Of a stretch of 38,501 nucleotides of DNA, positions 32,824 through 38,501 are shown in pieces; within the stretch, counting starts at the first letter, position 1; each line of letters begins with the position of its first letter. The translations under genes and the position numbers were made by a program. The stretch lies in sequence record SRR2962707_1633; one strand, written 5' to 3'. Below the pieces are notes generated by a model. That model ran no database searches. It saw only the letters and a list, made by a program, of their open reading frames with translations, and was not told the DNA's origin.

Positions 32824-34110
32824 ATGACTCAAACACTGCGTAAAGTCGCCATCGTAGGATCGGCGCGCATCCCGTTCTGCCGCGCCTATACCGGATACGA
32901 AAACGAATCCAACCTCTCGATGCTCTCGACGGCGATTGGCGGGCTGGCCGAGAAATACGGTCTGAAGGGCCAGAGAGTGGGGGAAGTGATGGCCGGGTCG
33001 GTCATCTCTCATTCGAAAGACTTCAATCTCGCGCGCGAGGCGTTGCTCGACGCGGGGCTGTCGCCGCAAACCCCGGGCACGACCATCCAGATCGCTTGTG
33101 GCACGTCATTGCAGGCGGCGCTAACGCTGGGGGCCAAGATCGCCACCGGGGAGATCGACAGCGGGATCGCTGCGGGGTCCGATACGGTTTCGGATAGTCC
33201 GGTGGTTCTGGGCCCGAAAATGCAAAAGCGGATGATCGCGATGTCGCGGGCGCGGACGACAGGTGAGAAATTTTCCGCCTTCAAGGGGTTTAATTTCGGT
33301 GAGATCACGCCGGTGGCCCCCTCGACCCAGGAGCCGCGCACGGGGCTGTCGATGGGCGAGCACTGCGAATTGATGGCCAAGCAATGGGGGATTTCGCGCG
33401 AAGCGCAGGATGTTCTGGCGCTGCGCAGCCACCAGAATGCGGCGGCGGCCTATGACGCTGGATTTCATGACGATCTGATCGTGCCATGCGCCGGTATCTA
33501 TAAGGACAACAATGTCCGCCCCGATACCAGCCTTGAAAAAATGGCGACCATGAAGCCCGCTTTCGACAGGAAATCGGGCAAGGGCACGCTGACGGCGGCC
33601 AATTCCACCCCGCTGACCGATGGGGCCTCCTCGGTGCTGCTGGCCAGCGAGGAGTGGGCGCGCGAACGCGGCCTGCCGATCCTGGGTTACCTCACCATGG
33701 GGGCTGTTTCGGCCAATGATTTTGCCCATGGCGACGGGCTGTTGATGGCGCCGACGATAGCGGTTTCCGACCTGATGCGGAGGAGCGGGCTGAGCTTTGC
33801 CGATATCGACCTGTTTGAGCTGCACGAGGCCTTCGCCGCGCAGGTGCTCTGCACATTGGCCGCATGGGAAGATCCTGACTACAATCGGGCCGTTTTGGGG
33901 CGAGATGATCCGCTTGGAGCCGTTCCTGTGGATAAAATTAACGTGTTTGGCTCCTCTCTGGCATATGGTCATCCTTTTGCAGCCACAGGTGCGCGCATTT
34001 TGGGGATGACGGCCAAGATGTTGAATACACTTGAAAAAAAGCGTGCGCTGATTTCCGTGTGTACAGCCGGAGGTATGGGCGTTGCCGCGATTGTGGAGAA
34101 AGCGTCTTAA
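32824..34110 (+). CDS. fadI: Acetyl-CoA C-acyltransferase (3-ketoacyl-CoA thiolase)
   Basis: NLAREA, IACGTS, NSTPLTDGAS, HEAFAAQ, GHPFAATG, CTAGGMG. Confidence 0.9.
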   Translation: MTQTLRKVAIVGSARIPFCRAYTGYENESNLSMLSTAIGGLAEKYGLKGQRVGEVMAGSVISHSKDFNLAREALLDAGLSPQTPGTTIQIACGTSLQAALTLGAKIATGEIDSGIAAGSDTVSDSPVVLGPKMQKRMIAMSRARTTGEKFSAFKGFNFGEITPVAPSTQEPRTGLSMGEHCELMAKQWGISREAQDVLALRSHQNAAAAYDAGFHDDLIVPCAGIYKDNNVRPDTSLEKMATMKPAFDRKSGKGTLTAANSTPLTDGASSVLLASEEWARERGLPILGYLTMGAVSANDFAHGDGLLMAPTIAVSDLMRRSGLSFADIDLFELHEAFAAQVLCTLAAWEDPDYNRAVLGRDDPLGAVPVDKINVFGSSLAYGHPFAATGARILGMTAKMLNTLEKKRALISVCTAGGMGVAAIVEKAS

Positions 34111-34155
34111 TCAGTGCTTGTCAAAGCGGTTTGAGCAAGGATAGGCTCGCTGCCC

Positions 34156-34188
34156 AGATCAACGGGGAATGTTTTTCCCCGTTGATCT
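34156..34188. terminator. Perfect 14-bp hairpin between fadI and oppA (terminator or 5' leader stem)
   Basis: AGATCAACGGGGAA-TGTTT-TTCCCCGTTGATCT. Confidence 0.55.
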
Positions 34189-34275
34189 TCGTTTGAGCTG
34201 TCCCGTTTCAAAAAAGAGGGCAGCCATGGGCTGGAAGCATCACAAACGTCCAAATATCAAAAGGAGACGACCATT

Positions 34276-35895
34276 ATGACACGTACCACCAAGCTTTTGG
34301 CGGCGCTTGCCGCGACGACATTCCTCGTCGCGCCCGCCATGGCAGCAAATGTTCCGGACGGCGTAACGCTTGCCGAAGACCAGAGCTTCACCTACCGCGT
34401 TCTCGACGAGCACAGCTCGGTCGATCCTCAGATCGTCGAAGACGTTTCGGGCTCGGAAATCGTGCGCGACCTGTTCGAAGGCCTGCTGAGCCAGAATGCC
34501 GACGGTGAACTTGTTGGTGGCGTTGCGATCGAGTGGGGCGCCAACGAAGACAATACCGAGTGGACCTTCACCCTGCGTGACGACGCCATGTGGTCGGACG
34601 GAACACCCGTCACCGCTGGCGATTTCGTTTATGCCTGGCAGCGCCTGGTCAATCCTGAGCTTGCTTCGCCCTACGCATGGTTCGGCGAATTGATGTCGAT
34701 CGAAAATGCCGGCGCCATCATTGCTGGCGAAATGGAGCCTTCCGAGCTCGGCGTGGAAGCCGTCGATGATCACACCCTGGTCGTCCACTTGAGCGATCCG
34801 CTTCCCTATTTCGCCGCCATGACCACGCACGCTTCGACCTTCCCTTCCCCGAGCTGGGTGATCGAAGAGCATGGTGACCAGTGGACCCGTCCGGAAAATA
34901 TCGTCACCAACGGTGCCTACACGCTGTCCGAGCACGTTCCGCAGGAACGTTCGGTCCGTGTCAAGTCCGACACCTATTGGGATGCGGAAAACACGGTTCT
35001 CGAAACTGTCACCGCCCTGATCATCAACGATGAAAACCAAGCCCTGACCCGTTTCCTCGCCGGTGAACTCGATCGTACGGAAATCCCGACCGGCGAATAT
35101 CCGCGCCTGGCCGAGGAATATCCCGATACCGCGATTTCCTTCCCGCGCCTGTGCACTTACTACTACAACATCAACCTGCGCGACGCCGGTCCTGAGGCCC
35201 TCAAGGACGTCAATGTCCGCAAGGCCCTGGCCTATGCAATCGACCGCAACGTCATCACCGACCAGATCCTGCAGGGCGGCCAGATCCCGGCTTACACCTT
35301 TACCCCGGGCTCCACGGCCAACTTCGAAGTTCCCTCGGTTCCGTTTGGCGAAATGACCCAGGCAGAGCGTGATGAAATGGCCGTCCAGCTTCTCGAAGAA
35401 GCCGGCTACGGTTCGGACAACCCGCTCGAACTTTCGATCCTTTACAACACCGACGAAGCGCACCGCGAACTGGCCACTGTCATCGCACAGATGTGGCAGC
35501 AGAAGCTCGGCGTACAGACCACGCTCGACAACATGGAATGGAACACCTTCCTTGACGCGCGTGGCAATGGCGATTTCGAAGTCGCCCGTGCCGGCTGGTG
35601 CGGTGACTACAACGAAGCCTCGACCTTCCTCGATCTGATGGATACCGATTCGGGCTACAACGACTCCGCTTACAGCAATTCTGAGGTCGACGACCTTCTG
35701 GCTGAAGCCAAGACGATGTCCGATCCGAGCGAGAACTACACACAGATCGAGCAGATCATCGCCGAGGACATGCCTGTTCTTCCGCTCTACCACTATGCCG
35801 GCGTCTACATGCTGAATCCGCAGATTCAGGAATGGCCCGTCAATAACGTCGAGCAGAACTGGTACTCCAAGGACCTTTATCGGGTCGCCGAGTAA
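34276..35895 (+). CDS. oppA: Oligopeptide ABC transporter substrate-binding protein
   Basis: Signal peptide; RDLFEGL, WSDGTPVTAGDFVYAWQRL, VRKALAYAIDR, RAGWCGDYNEASTFL. Confidence 0.93.
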   Translation: MTRTTKLLAALAATTFLVAPAMAANVPDGVTLAEDQSFTYRVLDEHSSVDPQIVEDVSGSEIVRDLFEGLLSQNADGELVGGVAIEWGANEDNTEWTFTLRDDAMWSDGTPVTAGDFVYAWQRLVNPELASPYAWFGELMSIENAGAIIAGEMEPSELGVEAVDDHTLVVHLSDPLPYFAAMTTHASTFPSPSWVIEEHGDQWTRPENIVTNGAYTLSEHVPQERSVRVKSDTYWDAENTVLETVTALIINDENQALTRFLAGELDRTEIPTGEYPRLAEEYPDTAISFPRLCTYYYNINLRDAGPEALKDVNVRKALAYAIDRNVITDQILQGGQIPAYTFTPGSTANFEVPSVPFGEMTQAERDEMAVQLLEEAGYGSDNPLELSILYNTDEAHRELATVIAQMWQQKLGVQTTLDNMEWNTFLDARGNGDFEVARAGWCGDYNEASTFLDLMDTDSGYNDSAYSNSEVDDLLAEAKTMSDPSENYTQIEQIIAEDMPVLPLYHYAGVYMLNPQIQEWPVNNVEQNWYSKDLYRVAE

Positions 35896-35909
35896 TCAGG
35901 CCAATCACA

Positions 35910-35946
35910 GGCGTTCCGCACCCCCGCGTGCGGGACGCCCCCTTTT
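35910..35946 (+). terminator. Stem-loop after oppA (partial terminator or mRNA stabiliser)
   Basis: GGCGTTCCGCAC-ccccgc-GTGCGGGACGCC followed by CCCTTTT. Confidence 0.55.
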
Positions 35947-36062
35947 CGGGGTAAAGAAATGACAGGGCGCCGCCTCACACGCGCCTTTGCACCAATATTG
36001 CAAAGCGCTGTTTTCCGCTTCGTCGGACCCTCGGCTGCGTCATGCGCGCACGGACTTTCGAC

Positions 36063-36986
36063 ATGTTGAAATACATCCTCAAGCGCCTCGGGGTCGCCAT
36101 CCCGACGCTGTTGCTTTTGATTATCTTTTCGTTCGTTCTGATGCGGCTGGCCCCGGGCGGGCCCTTCAATTCCGAACGCCCGCTCCCGCCGCAGGTGCTG
36201 GCCAATATCGAAGCCAAGTTTGGCCTCGACCAGCCCTGGCATCTGCAGCTCTGGGAATACATGGTCGGCATCATAACCCGTTTCGATTTCGGGCCGTCCT
36301 TTGCCTATACGGACCGCACGGTCAACGATATCATCGCGCAGGGCTTCCCGGTTACGCTGACCTATGGGACGTGGTCCTTTGTGCTCGCCGTGCTTTTCGG
36401 CTGTTCGCTCGGCGTTGCCGCGGCGGTGCGTCACAATTCCTGGCTCGACTACTTCTCCGTCGGCACGTCCATCGGCGCCCAGGTGTTGCCCAACTTCGTG
36501 ATGGCGCCAATTCTGGTCATCGTGTTTACCCTCTGGCTGCGCTGGCTGCCGGGTGGCGGCTGGAATGGCGGGCAATGGAACTACGTCATCATGCCGGTTA
36601 TCGCACTGGGCACGAGTTACATGGCGTCCATCGCCCGTATCACGCGTTCCTCGATGCTCGAAGTGCTCAATTCCAACTTCATTCGCACGGCGCGCGCCAA
36701 GGGCATGCCGGCCCACCATGTCATCCTCAGACATGCGCTCAAGCCGGCGCTGATGCCGCTGTTGTCCTATCTCGGCCCGGCCTTTGTGGGCATGGTCACC
36801 GGTTCGGTGATTATCGACGTCTATTTCTCCACGGGCGGCATTGGGCAACTCTTCACCAATTCGGCCTTCAACCGGGACTATTCGGTCATCATGGGCATCA
36901 CGATCCTGTTGGGCACGCTGACCATCATGTTCAACCTGATCGTGGACATACTCTATGCGTGGATCGACCCACGCATCCGCTACTAG
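36063..36986 (+). CDS. oppB: Oligopeptide ABC permease
   Basis: MLKYILKRL, MRLAPGGPF, EAA loop FIRTARAKG, DILYAWIDPRIRY. Confidence 0.95.
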   Translation: MLKYILKRLGVAIPTLLLLIIFSFVLMRLAPGGPFNSERPLPPQVLANIEAKFGLDQPWHLQLWEYMVGIITRFDFGPSFAYTDRTVNDIIAQGFPVTLTYGTWSFVLAVLFGCSLGVAAAVRHNSWLDYFSVGTSIGAQVLPNFVMAPILVIVFTLWLRWLPGGGWNGGQWNYVIMPVIALGTSYMASIARITRSSMLEVLNSNFIRTARAKGMPAHHVILRHALKPALMPLLSYLGPAFVGMVTGSVIIDVYFSTGGIGQLFTNSAFNRDYSVIMGITILLGTLTIMFNLIVDILYAWIDPRIRY

Positions 36987-36996
36987 GAGGCCGATC

Positions 36997-37941
36997 ATGG
37001 TATTAAGGCCAGTAAGGGTTGAGGCTTCGGCCGATCCCATCGACGTCGATGACGCCAATTATGAAGTCTCTGCCAAGGGCCGTTCCCTGTGGGCGGATGC
37101 GGCGGGGCGTTTTTTCAGGCACGCTCCGTCTGTCGTCAGCCTCGTTGTCCTGATCCTCGTGGCGCTCTTTGCGTTCACCGGGCATTTCTTCGCTGCATGG
37201 TCCAACGAGGAAATCGATTGGTCGGTGCTGGGCAATGTGCGCATCGCAGGCGTGCCTTCGCTGGAGTCGGGGCACTATTTCGGAACCGACGACCTGGGGC
37301 GCGATCTTTTCTCACGCGTGGTCCAGGGTAGCCAGATCTCGCTGATGGTAGGGTTCGTGGGGGCCGGGATCGCCGTGGTCGTGGGCACGTTCTATGGTGC
37401 GGTGGCCGGTTATTTCGGTGGTCGCATCGATTCCATCATGATGCGGATCGTCGATATCCTGCTTTCGATCCCCTACATGTTCGTGCTGATCCTGCTGCTC
37501 GTTGTGTTCGGTCGTTCGATCACCATGCTTTATGTGGGTATCGGGCTGCTCTCGTGGCTGGACATGTCGCGTATCGTGCGCGGGCAGACGCTATCGCTCA
37601 AGGAAAAGGAATTCGTTGAAGCGGCACGGGCCGGTGGCGCCGGGCACTTCACGATCATCTTTAGGCACATCGTGCCCAACCTGATGGGCATCGTGGTGGT
37701 CTATGCCACGCTTCTGGTGCCGCAGATGATCCTGACCGAGAGCTTTATTTCCTTCCTTGGGCTTGGTGTCCAGGAGCCTCTGACCTCCTGGGGTGCCCTG
37801 ATTTCCCAAGGCGCGGGCACTGTGATGTACGGAACGCTGTGGCAGTTGTTGTTCCCGCTGTTCTTCTTCGTCGTCACCCTGTTCAGCTTCTACTTCATCG
37901 GCGACGGTCTGCGCGATGCGCTCGACCCGCGTGACCGGTGA
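36997..37941 (+). CDS. oppC: Oligopeptide ABC permease
   Basis: GRSLWADA, FGTDDLGRDL, KEFVEAARAGG, ESFISFLGLG, GDGLRDALDPRDR; ATG after AGGAGG. Confidence 0.95.
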   Translation: MVLRPVRVEASADPIDVDDANYEVSAKGRSLWADAAGRFFRHAPSVVSLVVLILVALFAFTGHFFAAWSNEEIDWSVLGNVRIAGVPSLESGHYFGTDDLGRDLFSRVVQGSQISLMVGFVGAGIAVVVGTFYGAVAGYFGGRIDSIMMRIVDILLSIPYMFVLILLLVVFGRSITMLYVGIGLLSWLDMSRIVRGQTLSLKEKEFVEAARAGGAGHFTIIFRHIVPNLMGIVVVYATLLVPQMILTESFISFLGLGVQEPLTSWGALISQGAGTVMYGTLWQLLFPLFFFVVTLFSFYFIGDGLRDALDPRDR

Positions 37942-37954
37942 GGAAAGGACGATC

Positions 37955-38501
37955 ATGACTATGCTTGAAGTCACCGACCTTTCGGTGTCGTTCAAAACGC
38001 CCGACGGCACAGTGCGCGCCGTCAACAAGATGAACTTTTCGATCGGGCCGGGCCAGACGCTGGCTATCGTGGGAGAGTCGGGTTCGGGCAAGAGCCAGAC
38101 GGTCATGGCCGCCATGGGGCTTCTGGCCGGTAATGGCGAAGTCGAGGGCTCGGTCAAGCTCGACGGCCAGGAATTGATCGGCATGAAGGCCGGCGATCTC
38201 AACAAGATCCGCGGCCGGGACATGGCGATGATCTTCCAGGATCCCATGACCTCGCTCAATCCCTATCTGTCCGTTGCGGATCAGATGACCGAAGTGCTCA
38301 TGTTCCACAAACGCATGAGGCGCTCTGAGGCGATGGATAAGTCCGAAGAGATGCTCAGGACAGTGCATCTTCCCGACCCGGGGCGTATCCTGCGCCGCTA
38401 TCCGCACGAGCTGTCGGGTGGGCAGCGCCAGCGCGTGATGATCGCCATGGCGTTGCTGTGCGACCCCAAGGTGCTGATCGCCGACGAGCCGACAACGGCG
38501 C
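37955..38501 (+). CDS. oppD: Oligopeptide ABC ATP-binding protein (truncated at the window edge)
   Basis: Manual translation: [62 protein letters not shown]; not in the ORF track. Confidence 0.93.
   Translation, partial: MTMLEVTDLSVSFKTPDGTVRAVNKMNFSIGPGQTLAIVGESGSGKSQTVMAAMGLLAGNGEVEGSVKLDGQELIGMKAGDLNKIRGRDMAMIFQDPMTSLNPYLSVADQMTEVLMFHKRMRRSEAMDKSEEMLRTVHLPDPGRILRRYPHELSGGQRQRVMIAMALLCDPKVLIADEPTTA

Noticed and set aside
28856-33069. Long minus-strand ORFs of 680 and 724 aa
   Set aside because: Antisense shadows of fadE and fadJ, common in high-GC DNA; no recognisable motifs.
34240-37058. Minus-strand ORFs of 517 and 393 aa
   Set aside because: Antisense to the clear oppA and oppB genes.
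1-38501. CRISPR arrays, tRNA/rRNA, IS elements, prophage or defence systems
   Set aside because: No repeat-spacer arrays, RNA gene signatures, transposase, integrase or phage genes seen; intergenic gaps are short.

Overview
High-GC alphaproteobacterial chromosomal segment. Gene content resembles Hyphomicrobiales such as Devosia or Pelagibacterium (an inference, not an identification). Left to right it holds: (1) a divergently arranged Pel-like exopolysaccharide cluster. Leftward are a TM1410/PelA-type glycoside hydrolase, a membrane-anchored TPR protein and a large tandem-repeat CBM9/DOMON-like protein that runs off the window and is absent from the ORF track. Rightward are pelE-like, pelF, pelG and a mini-pelD with no GAF or GGDEF domain. 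A FixK/FNR box (TTGAC-N4-ATCAA) is centred between two candidate -10 elements in the divergent promoter, and a fixK / fixJ-fixL-like module lies directly next to the cluster. (2) An IclR-associated aromatic-acid catabolic locus: TctABC, a quinone/FMN reductase, an NTF2-fold protein resembling fungal AGDC1/PPP2 cofactor-free decarboxylases, maleylacetate reductase, hydroxyquinol-type intradiol dioxygenase and an RraA/HMG-aldolase-family protein. (3) The rpoE-chrR singlet-oxygen module with divergent sigmaE promoters and ufaD/ufaO-like genes. (4) An ALDH7-family dehydrogenase and a PAS-GAF-degenerate GGDEF-EAL protein. (5) A fatty-acid beta-oxidation locus with a LiuR-type MerR regulator and its operators. 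(6) An oppABCD peptide ABC transporter, cut off at the right edge. The most notable candidate is a Pel-type polysaccharide system that appears to be controlled transcriptionally by FixLJ-FixK rather than by c-di-GMP through PelD. All family calls come from recognising motifs by eye; no searches were run.
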